Shown: positions 16,598 through 23,749 of the stretch, one piece after another
Position numbering within the stretch: position 1 is the first letter of the stretch
Layout of the letters: each line of letters opens with the position of its first letter
Source: Candidatus Sulfotelmatobacter sp.
GTDB taxonomy: Bacteria > Methylomirabilota > Methylomirabilia > Methylomirabilales > DASPOZ01
Reading direction: 5' to 3'
Assembly: GCA_035625755.1 (NCBI GenBank)
Contig: DASPOZ010000101.1
Coordinates: 1-38,942, forward strand
DNA length: 38,942 bases
Notes under the pieces: model-generated
The model's input: the letters and a program-made list of their open reading frames with translations, nothing else
The model's database searches: none
What the model was told of the DNA's origin: nothing
Made by a program: the position numbers and the translations under genes

Positions 16598-16641
16598 GGC
16601 CCCCTCCCTTCGTCCGGTCGGCTCGGACCGGACCACCGAAT

Positions 16642-16830
16642 CTACGCCAGTCGCACCTTCTCCGTGGTGTCGATCTGCACCACCCGCGAGTCCTGGATGA
16701 TGATCTGCACTTGCCCGTGACGGACGGACCGGATGGCCTCCACGATGCGCCGCAGCACCTCGCGGTCCTCGGCCCCCTCGCCGGGCGCCGGGCCCGGGGC
16801 ACCGAGATTCGCGGGCCTCTGGAGTTTCAT
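16642..16830 (-). CDS. YezD/DUF2292-family small protein
   Basis: ATG 16830 with GGGGGAG upstream. HGQVQIIIQDSRVVQIDTTEKVRL matches the family signature as recalled. Confidence 0.7.
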   Translation of the reverse strand: MKLQRPANLGAPGPAPGEGAEDREVLRRIVEAIRSVRHGQVQIIIQDSRVVQIDTTEKVRLA

Positions 16831-16855
16831 GGGCTCCCCCCCGGCCCCCGCGGGC

Positions 16856-17344
16856 TCAGGATCCGTCCGCCCCCGCGATGGGGGCCTCCAGGAATTCCCC
16901 GGCCGCCTCATCCCAGCGGAACGCCCTCACCTCGCGGACCGCCGCCGCGTCCAGGGCCACGATCAGGTAGGCCGTGTCGGGGTAGACCGGCTCGCCGTCG
17001 AACAGGGCGCGGTCCCTGTCCTCCTGGGAGAAGTAGGCTGCGTGGTCCGGGTGCGAGTGGTAGAACGCGGCCACGGCCCACCCGTCCCGGTCCACCTCGT
17101 TGAGCACGTCCAGCAGCTCCTTGCCGTCCATGTAGTAGGCGATGCGGGCGACCCGGGGATACCGCTCCGGGTCCCGCGCGTGCAGCTGGTCCTGGATGTT
17201 GCGCACGCGGCGCACCGCCTCGGCGCCGTCCCGCCGCAGGATCAGGCCGCAGCACTCGTCCGGATAGGTCTCGCGGGCGTGCGCCGCCACGGCCTCCAGC
17301 GTGGAGGTCCGGAATCGCACCGCCGTCTGCGCGCCTGTGGTCAT
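16856..17344 (-). CDS. JAMM/MPN+ metallopeptidase (Mec+/CysO-hydrolase-like)
   Basis: Catalytic Glu in PDECCG. JAMM motif HSHPDHAAYFSQED (H-x-H-x7-S-x2-D). An alternative GTG start at 17362 overlaps the cysM stop. Confidence 0.85.
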   Translation of the reverse strand: MTTGAQTAVRFRTSTLEAVAAHARETYPDECCGLILRRDGAEAVRRVRNIQDQLHARDPERYPRVARIAYYMDGKELLDVLNEVDRDGWAVAAFYHSHPDHAAYFSQEDRDRALFDGEPVYPDTAYLIVALDAAAVREVRAFRWDEAAGEFLEAPIAGADGS

Positions 17345-17355
17345 GTCCCGTCCCG

Positions 17356-18288
17356 CTACCACCAGATGTGACTGGCCACGTCCTCCGGGATGTCCGCGGT
17401 GTCCTTCTGCCAGACGCCGAGGCTCACGTACTTCCAGCCGCCGTCCGCCAGCAGGACCACGATGTTGCCCCGATCCATGCGGCGGGCCACCCGCAGGGCG
17501 CAGTGCAAGGCCGCGCCGGACGAGACGCCGGCGAAGATCCCCTCCCGGCGCATCAGATCCTTGGTGGCGGCGAACGCGCAGCGTGAGTCCACGAGGATCT
17601 TGCCGTCCAGGAGGCCCAGGTCCAGGATGGGCGGAATGAACCCCTCCTCCAGGCTCCGAAGCCCCTGCACCGCGTCCCCCGGGTGCGGCTCCGCGGCGAT
17701 GACCTTCACCCGCGGGTTATGCTCCTTGAGCCGACGGCCCACGCCCATGAGCGTGCCGCCGGTCCCCAGCCCTGCGATGAAGGCGTCTACCTCCGGCATA
17801 TCCCGCACGATCTCGGCCCCGGTGGTCTCGTAGTGGGCCCGGGGGTTGGCCGGGTTGCCATACTGGTACAGCAGGCAGAAGCGGGGGTCCTCCGCCATCT
17901 TCTGGGCCAGCTCGATGGAGCCGTTGGTCCCCCGGGCCGGGTCCGAGAAAACGATCTCGGCCCCATAGAGGTCCAAGAGCTGCCGCCGTTCCACCGTGAC
18001 GTTCTCGGGCACCACCACCGTGATCCGGTAGCCTCTCCGCCGGGCGATCATGGCCAGGGCGATCCCCGTGTTGCCGCTGGTGGGCTCCAGGATGGTCTTC
18101 TCCCGCGTGAGCTCGCCCGACCGCTCGGCGGCCTCGATCATGGACCTGGCGATGCGGTCCTTGAGGCTGCCCGTGGGGTTGTTCCCCTCGAGCTTGGCGA
18201 AGAGACGCACCCCGGGCTTGGGGCTGAACCGCGGCAGCTCCACCAGCGGGGTGTTCCCGACGGCCTCCAGGATGTCCCGAGCGATCAT
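17356..18288 (-). CDS. cysM: Cysteine synthase B-type PLP enzyme (CysM-like)
   Basis: NPTGSLKDR PLP-lysine motif and TSGNTG. GAGGGAACGGC precedes ATG 18288. Confidence 0.9.
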   Translation of the reverse strand: MIARDILEAVGNTPLVELPRFSPKPGVRLFAKLEGNNPTGSLKDRIARSMIEAAERSGELTREKTILEPTSGNTGIALAMIARRRGYRITVVVPENVTVERRQLLDLYGAEIVFSDPARGTNGSIELAQKMAEDPRFCLLYQYGNPANPRAHYETTGAEIVRDMPEVDAFIAGLGTGGTLMGVGRRLKEHNPRVKVIAAEPHPGDAVQGLRSLEEGFIPPILDLGLLDGKILVDSRCAFAATKDLMRREGIFAGVSSGAALHCALRVARRMDRGNIVVLLADGGWKYVSLGVWQKDTADIPEDVASHIWW

Positions 18289-18396
18289 GCCGTTCCCTCG
18301 CGCGGTCCGGCCGCCGCCACCGCGGCGGCGGATCCGGTGCAGTCCATATGCTCCCGCCCGCCCCCCGCCCGTTCTCGTCCCCGCAGGGTCTCGGTC

Positions 18397-19494
18397 CTAC
18401 CCCTCCGGGACCCCGGCCGCCGCCGGGATGCCACAGAACTGGTTGTAGTCGATCAGGTCCGTGATGGTGGGCCGGTCGCCGCAGACCGGACAGTTCGGAT
18501 CTCGGCGGAGCTTTACCTGGCGGAACTCCATCCCCAGGGCATCGAAGAACAGCAGCCGGCCGGCCAGGGATTCCCCTAGGCCCAGGAGGAGTTTGATGGT
18601 CTCGATCCCCTGGATGGAGGCGATGATGCCGCACAGCACGCCCAGCACGCCGGCCTCCGCGCAGCTGGGTACCAGGCCGGCCGGCGGCGGCGCCGGGTAG
18701 AGGCACCGATAGCAGCCCAGCCCCGGCTTGAACACGGTGACCTGTCCCTCGAACTTGAAGATGCTGCCGTCCACCAGGGGCTTCTGCAGGAACACCGCGG
18801 CATCGTTTGCCAGGTAGCGGGTGGGGAAGTTGTCCGATCCGTTCACGATCACGTCGTACTCGGCGAAGATCTGCTTCGCGTTCGCCGAGGACAGCTGCGT
18901 GGCGTAGGGCACCACCTTCACGTCCGGGTTCATGTCCGCAATGGTGTCGATGGCCGAATCCACCTTGGGGCGCCCCACGTCGTGGGTGTGGTGGAGGATC
19001 TGGCGCTGGAGGTTGCTGAGGTCCACCTTGTCGAAGTCCACGATGCCCAGGGTGCCCACGCCGGCCGCCGCCAGGTAGAGGGCCGCCGGAGACCCCAGGC
19101 CCCCCGCGCCGATGATCAGCACCCGGCTGCCCAGCAGCCTCTTCTGGCCGCGCCCGCCCACCTCCGGCAGGATGATGTGGCGGCTATAGCGCCGGATCTG
19201 CTCCTCGGTCATGGCGCCCGCGCCGCCGGCCAGGGCGGGGATCAGGGCCACCTCGTCGCCGTCCCGCACGGTGGCCTCGAGGCCGCCCAACTCCTCCACG
19301 GCCAGGTTGTTCACGTAGACGTTCACGTGGTGCAGGATCTCGCCGCGTCCGTCCAGCACGCGGCCGCGCAGGCCGGGGTAGCGCCCCTCCAGTTCGCGCA
19401 GGACGCCGGCCACCGTGGCCTGCCCCGCCTCCACCCGGGCCTGATTGTCCGTGAATTGGCGGTAGGGCGTCGGAATGTACACCGTGATACTCAT
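18397..19494 (-). CDS. Translational fusion of a MoaD/CysO-like Ubl domain (aa 1-91, ...ALAGG) with a MoeB/ThiF-type E1 adenylyltransferase (aa 95-365)
   Basis: The reading frame across the junction is GCC GGC GGC GCG GGC GCC ATG ACC, with no stop. E1 part: MTEEQIRRYSRHIIL, GAGGLGSP Rossmann motif, CYRC and CPVC zinc pairs. No C-terminal rhodanese domain. Confidence 0.85.
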   Translation of the reverse strand: MSITVYIPTPYRQFTDNQARVEAGQATVAGVLRELEGRYPGLRGRVLDGRGEILHHVNVYVNNLAVEELGGLEATVRDGDEVALIPALAGGAGAMTEEQIRRYSRHIILPEVGGRGQKRLLGSRVLIIGAGGLGSPAALYLAAAGVGTLGIVDFDKVDLSNLQRQILHHTHDVGRPKVDSAIDTIADMNPDVKVVPYATQLSSANAKQIFAEYDVIVNGSDNFPTRYLANDAAVFLQKPLVDGSIFKFEGQVTVFKPGLGCYRCLYPAPPPAGLVPSCAEAGVLGVLCGIIASIQGIETIKLLLGLGESLAGRLLFFDALGMEFRQVKLRRDPNCPVCGDRPTITDLIDYNQFCGIPAAAGVPEG

Positions 19495-19521
19495 CGCTGG
19501 GGTTCCTCCCCCGCCCCCGCT

Positions 19522-19549
19522 CCCCCGCCCGGCGCGCGCCGGGCGGGGG
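19522..19549. repeat. Perfect 28-bp GC palindrome between cysK and the Ubl-E1 gene
   Basis: CCCCCGCCCGGCGC|GCGCCGGGCGGGGG read directly from the sequence. No U-tract on the minus strand. Confidence 0.9.
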
Positions 19550-19567
19550 AACCATCGGGGCGGGCCG

Positions 19568-20482
19568 TCAGATGGTCTCGCGCAGGTAGCGTTCGCCGGT
19601 GTCCGGCAGCATGGTGACCACGGTGCGGCCGGGGCCGAGGCGCGCCCCCACCTGCAGGGCGGCCACCACGTTGGCCCCGGCGGAGACGCCCACCAGGAGG
19701 CCCTCCTCCCGTGCCAGCCGGCCGGCCATGGCCCTGGCGTCCGCGTCGTGGACGCCGATGATCTCGTCCAGCAGGGACCGATCCAGCACGCCGGGGACGA
19801 AGCTGGCCCCGATCCCCTGGATCCCGTGGGGCCGGAAGCGCCCGCCCTGGAGCACTGGCGACGCGGCCGGCTCCACGGCCACGATCCGCACCCCGCGGAC
19901 CTCGCGGCGGAGCACCTCCGCCACCCCGGTGATGGTCCCCCCGGTGCCCACGCCGGCCACGAAGGCGTCCACCTCGCCGCCGGTGGCCTTCAGGATCTCC
20001 TGGGCCGTGGTGCGCCGGTGCGCGTCCGGGTTGGCCGGGTTCTCGAACTGCTGCGGCATGAAGTAGGCCGGGTTCTTTCGCACCAGCTCCTGGGCCGCGA
20101 AGACGGCCCCGGTCATCCCTTCGATGGCCGGGGTGAGGACCACCTCGGCCCCGTACCGCTTGAGGAGGGCGCACCGTTCCGGGCTCATGTCCTCGGGCAT
20201 GGTGAGGATCAGACGGTAGCCCTTCACGGCGGCCACCATGGCCAGCCCCACGCCCGTATTGCCGGAGGTGGGCTCCACGATGGTGGCGCCGGGCTGGAGC
20301 CGCCCCGCCCGTTCCGCCTCCTCCACCATGGCCAGGGCGATCCGGTCCTTCACGCTGCCGGCTGGGTTCAGGGACTCGAGCTTCGCCAGGACGCGCGCGC
20401 CCCCCGGCGGGACCGCGCGGCGCAGGCGCACCAGGGGCGTGTCCCCGATGAGGTCGAGCACCGAATCCGTGATGCCACGCAT
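19568..20482 (-). CDS. cysK: Cysteine synthase A (O-acetylserine sulfhydrylase)
   Basis: ATG 20482 ([20 protein letters not shown]). NPAGSVKDR and TSGNTG. The tracked N-terminal 32 aa derive from repeat copy 4 and are rejected. Confidence 0.9.
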   Translation of the reverse strand: MRGITDSVLDLIGDTPLVRLRRAVPPGGARVLAKLESLNPAGSVKDRIALAMVEEAERAGRLQPGATIVEPTSGNTGVGLAMVAAVKGYRLILTMPEDMSPERCALLKRYGAEVVLTPAIEGMTGAVFAAQELVRKNPAYFMPQQFENPANPDAHRRTTAQEILKATGGEVDAFVAGVGTGGTITGVAEVLRREVRGVRIVAVEPAASPVLQGGRFRPHGIQGIGASFVPGVLDRSLLDEIIGVHDADARAMAGRLAREEGLLVGVSAGANVVAALQVGARLGPGRTVVTMLPDTGERYLRETI

Positions 20483-20508
20483 GCTGCGCCCCGCCCCGCC
20501 CGGCAGCT

Positions 20509-20661
20509 TAGCAGGCTGCTGAAAAAGGCCCATCTGCGGCGTTGGCGCGCTCGCGCGGCGCTGCGACGTACGGACCAAGTACGCCTCGCGCCTCGCCGCG
20601 CGCGCCGCCTTGCATCTGGACCTTTTTAAGCAGCCTGCGCAAAATGTTCGGCATCCTGTTA
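20509..20661 (-). repeat. Palindromic repeat, copy 4 (short form, reverse orientation)
   Basis: TAGCAGGCTGCTGAAAAAGGCCCATCTGCGGCGTTGGCGCGCTCGCGC...GCCTTGCATCTGGACCTTTTTAAGCAGCCTG...CATCCTG-TTA. Sits between the Rrf2 stop and the cysK start. Confidence 0.9.
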
Positions 20662-21108
20662 GATCTGGTAGGTCACCCGCCCCGCCCCCTGCTTCGCGCG
20701 AAGGCGCTGGCTGATGTCTTCCAGCGTGGTGGTGTCCACCACCTTGCCCACGGCGTCCCGCACTTCGGCCCAGAGGTCCTGCAGGGCGCAGAAGCCCTCC
20801 TTGGGGCAGAGCTCCCGCTGGCCATCCGTCACACAGAAGATGGGCGCGACGGGACCGTCCACCGCGCGGAGCACCTCCCCAATGGTGATCTCGTGGGGCG
20901 GCTTCGCCAGGTAGTAGCCGCCGTTGACGCCGCGCCTGCTTCGCAGGAAGCCGGCTCGTTTGAGCATGAGGAGGACCTGCTCGAGGTAACGCACCGGGAG
21001 CCCCTGGCGCCGGGCGATCCCCTCGATCTGGACGGGGCCCTGGTCATAATGCATCGCCAGGTCCTGAAGGGCTCGGGTTGCGTAATCAGCCTTTGTTGAC
21101 ACAAGCAT
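20659..21108 (-). CDS. Rrf2-family transcriptional regulator (IscR/CymR-like, three-Cys cluster site)
   Basis: [14 protein letters not shown] wHTH N-terminus. C-x7-C-x5-C in [17 protein letters not shown]. The SD sequence is weak. Confidence 0.85.
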   Translation of the reverse strand: MLVSTKADYATRALQDLAMHYDQGPVQIEGIARRQGLPVRYLEQVLLMLKRAGFLRSRRGVNGGYYLAKPPHEITIGEVLRAVDGPVAPIFCVTDGQRELCPKEGFCALQDLWAEVRDAVGKVVDTTTLEDISQRLRAKQGAGRVTYQI

Positions 21109-21149
21109 ATAATACTCGTTAAAGTCGATAAGGTTAGTCGACAATTGGT

Positions 21150-21178
21150 ATTCTACATCTCCGCCATCGGCCTGTCAA
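21150..21178 (-). promoter_or_regulatory. Sigma70 promoter TTGACA-17-TAGAAT for the Rrf2-cysK... operon
   Basis: Hexamers and spacer read directly from an unusually AT-rich intergenic region. Confidence 0.65.
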
Positions 21179-21231
21179 GACCTATACTCAGGTATATTAG
21201 AGGCTGACTTTTCATCATCTCATGCGGCGGA

Positions 21232-21260
21232 TTGACAGCCCCATCATCACCACCTAGAGT
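21232..21260 (+). promoter_or_regulatory. Divergent sigma70-like promoter TTGACA-17-TAGAGT for AMMECR1/pur genes
   Basis: Read directly from the sequence. The tracked TTG start at 21232 is in fact the -35 hexamer. Confidence 0.5.
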
Positions 21261-21294
21261 CGCTTCTGGAGGACGCTGGCCGTGGACGATCGGC

Positions 21295-21834
21295 ATGCTT
21301 GACCAGGGATCCCGCAACTACCTCTTAGCTGTGGCGCGGGACGCCATCGCGCGGCGACTCAGCCTTCCCACTTCTCCGCCGGAACCCGTTCCGATCCCAG
21401 AGGCCCAGGTCCGTGGTCCGGTCTTCGTCACCCTCACGCTGGGGGACAGGCTGCGCGGCTGCGTGGGCAACATGGAACCCTCGGGCTCGCTCCCGGAATC
21501 CATGGCCTCCTGCGCCGTGGCCTCCGCCACCGCCGACCCGCGCTTCCCCCCCCTCGCCCCCGGCGAGCTCGCCAAGATCCGCATCGAGATCTCGATCCTC
21601 TCCCCGCCCGTGCCCGCGGCGGGCCCCCAGGATATCGTCCCCGGCACCCACGGGATCATCGTGAGCCAGGGCCCTCGCCGCGGCCTCCTGCTCCCCCAGG
21701 TGGCCGCGGAGCACGGCTGGACGGCCGAGACCTTCCTCTCCCAAGCCTGCGTGAAGGCCGGCCTCTCTCCGGACGCGTGGCACGCCGGGGTGCACATCGA
21801 GATCTTCACCGCCGAGGTCTTCGCGGAAGCGTAG
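21295..21834 (+). CDS. AMMECR1-domain protein
   Basis: LRGCVGN motif. ATG 21295, though the start is uncertain because the SD is weak. Confidence 0.75.
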   Translation: MLDQGSRNYLLAVARDAIARRLSLPTSPPEPVPIPEAQVRGPVFVTLTLGDRLRGCVGNMEPSGSLPESMASCAVASATADPRFPPLAPGELAKIRIEISILSPPVPAAGPQDIVPGTHGIIVSQGPRRGLLLPQVAAEHGWTAETFLSQACVKAGLSPDAWHAGVHIEIFTAEVFAEA

Positions 21835-21963
21835 GAGGTCTCCGGCCGGGTCGCCCTCCGAATCCCGTTGCCTCCCCCTCCCCTTTTTTGTTACGATGCG
21901 CCGGCTCGCAGCATCGCGAACCGCCGCCGGAAACCTGGAGACGCCCCTGCGTCGTCGCCTCCC

Positions 21964-23007
21964 ATGTCGGCATTGACCTACAGAGCGTCCGGGGTGGACA
22001 TCGACGCCGGCGAGGCGCTGGTGGCCCGCATCCGGGAACTCGCGGCGGCCACCGCCCGGCCGGAAGTGGTGGCCGGAATCGGCGGGTTCGCCGGCGCCTT
22101 CGCCCTCCCACCCGGCCGGTACACCGACCCGCTTTTCCTCGTGGCCACGGACGGCGTGGGGACCAAGCTCAAGGTGGCCGTCCTGGCCGGCCGTTACGAC
22201 ACCGTGGGCATCGACCTGGTGGCCATGTGCGCCAACGATGTGCTGGCCGCGGGCGCCGAGCCTCTCGTCTTTCTGGACTACTTCGCCACCGCGCGCCTCG
22301 ACCTGGCCACGGCCGAGGCGGTCCTGCGCGGCATCGCCGAAGGCTGCCGCCAGGCGGGCTGCGCGCTCATCGGCGGCGAGACGGCCGAGATGCCCGGCAT
22401 GTACGCCGCCGGCGACTTCGACCTGGCCGGCTTCGTGGTGGCCGTGGTGGAGCGGGCGCGCCTGCTGGACGGCCGGCGGATCGCCCCGGGAGATGCGGTG
22501 ATCGGCCTGGCCTCCAGCGGCCTGCACAGCAACGGCTACTCGCTGGCCCGCAAGGCCTTCCTGGAGACCGCCGGCTGGACGCTGGACCGGCACGTGTCCG
22601 AATTGGGGTGCACCTTGGGCGAGGAACTCCTCCGCCCGACCCGCATCTACGTGCGGCCGGTGCTGTCCCTGCGGGACCAGGTGGACCTGCGCGGCATCGC
22701 CCACATCACCGGCGGCGGCATCCCCGGCAATCTCCCCCGCATCCTGCCCGAGGGGTGCGGCGCCCGCCTCCGGCGCGAGGCCTTGCCGCGCCCCCCCATC
22801 TTCGGCCTGATCCAGCGCCTGGGGGATGTGCCCGAGGCGGACATGGAGCGCACCTTCAACCTGGGGATCGGCCTCGTCCTCGTGGTCCCCCCGCAGGAGG
22901 CGGATGCCGCCCTGGCGGCCTGCGCCCGGCTCGGCGAACGGGCCGTGGTGCTGGGCGAGATCCAGGCGGGCCCGCCGGGGGTGACCTGGGCGGGGCCGGC
23001 GGGGTGA
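21964..23007 (+). CDS. purM: Phosphoribosylformylglycinamidine cyclo-ligase (AIR synthetase)
   Basis: MSALTYRASGVDIDAG..., GIGGFAG and DGVGTK motifs. Confidence 0.92.
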   Translation: MSALTYRASGVDIDAGEALVARIRELAAATARPEVVAGIGGFAGAFALPPGRYTDPLFLVATDGVGTKLKVAVLAGRYDTVGIDLVAMCANDVLAAGAEPLVFLDYFATARLDLATAEAVLRGIAEGCRQAGCALIGGETAEMPGMYAAGDFDLAGFVVAVVERARLLDGRRIAPGDAVIGLASSGLHSNGYSLARKAFLETAGWTLDRHVSELGCTLGEELLRPTRIYVRPVLSLRDQVDLRGIAHITGGGIPGNLPRILPEGCGARLRREALPRPPIFGLIQRLGDVPEADMERTFNLGIGLVLVVPPQEADAALAACARLGERAVVLGEIQAGPPGVTWAGPAG

Positions 23008-23014
23008 ACCGGCC

Positions 23015-23671
23015 ATGACCCCTATCGCCCTGGGGGTGCTGGCATCGGGCCGGGGCAGCAACCTGCAGGCCATCATGGATGCCTGCGCGGATCCCGCCTT
23101 CCCGGCCCGCGTCCGCCTCGTGGTGAGCGACGTGGCCACGGCCCACGCGCTGGAACGGGCACGCGGCGGCGGCGTGGAGGCGCGGCACCTGGACCCCAAG
23201 GCGTACCCCACGCGGCGCGATTTCGACCGGGCGGTGGTGGCCGCGCTGCGGGAGGCCGCCGTGGACCTGGTGTGCCTGGCCGGCTTCATGCGCCTCCTGG
23301 GGGCGGAGTTCGTGGCGGCCTACCGCAACCGGATCATGAACATCCACCCGGCCCTCCTGCCGGCTTTCCCCGGCCTGCACGTGCAGCGCAAGGCCGTCGA
23401 CTACGGCGTGAAGGTCTCCGGGTGCACCGTGCACTTCGTGGACGAGGGGACGGACACGGGGCCCATCATCATCCAGGCCGCCGTCCCCGTGTACGACGAC
23501 GACACGGAGGAAACGCTGGCCGCGCGCATCCTCCGCCACGAGCACCAGATCTACCCGCAGGCCATCCGGCTTTTCGCCGAGGGCCGCCTCCAGGTGCAGG
23601 GGCGGCGCGTGATCTGCCGGGGCGCGCCCACGGCCGGCGAGGCGCCCGCGGTCGCCTTCGTCAACCCATAA
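23015..23671 (+). CDS. purN: Phosphoribosylglycinamide formyltransferase
   Basis: LASGRGSNL, NIHPALLPAF and HFVDEGTDTGPII motifs. Confidence 0.92.
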   Translation: MTPIALGVLASGRGSNLQAIMDACADPAFPARVRLVVSDVATAHALERARGGGVEARHLDPKAYPTRRDFDRAVVAALREAAVDLVCLAGFMRLLGAEFVAAYRNRIMNIHPALLPAFPGLHVQRKAVDYGVKVSGCTVHFVDEGTDTGPIIIQAAVPVYDDDTEETLAARILRHEHQIYPQAIRLFAEGRLQVQGRRVICRGAPTAGEAPAVAFVNP

Positions 23672-23749
23672 CCCGGGGGCCCGGCCGCCCGCCCCTCCTC
23701 AGGCGACGGCGGGAGGCCCGGGCCTGGAACCCAGGGGGATCTCGGCGCC

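Noticed and set aside
19210-19212. Reading the Ubl-E1 ORF as two ordinary genes, with MoeB starting at the internal ATG.
   Set aside because: There is no stop codon between the GG codons and this ATG, so the Ubl cannot end at GG by translation alone. Independent initiation of the E1 cannot be excluded, but it has no good SD. The fusion is kept as a finding rather than annotated as two genes.
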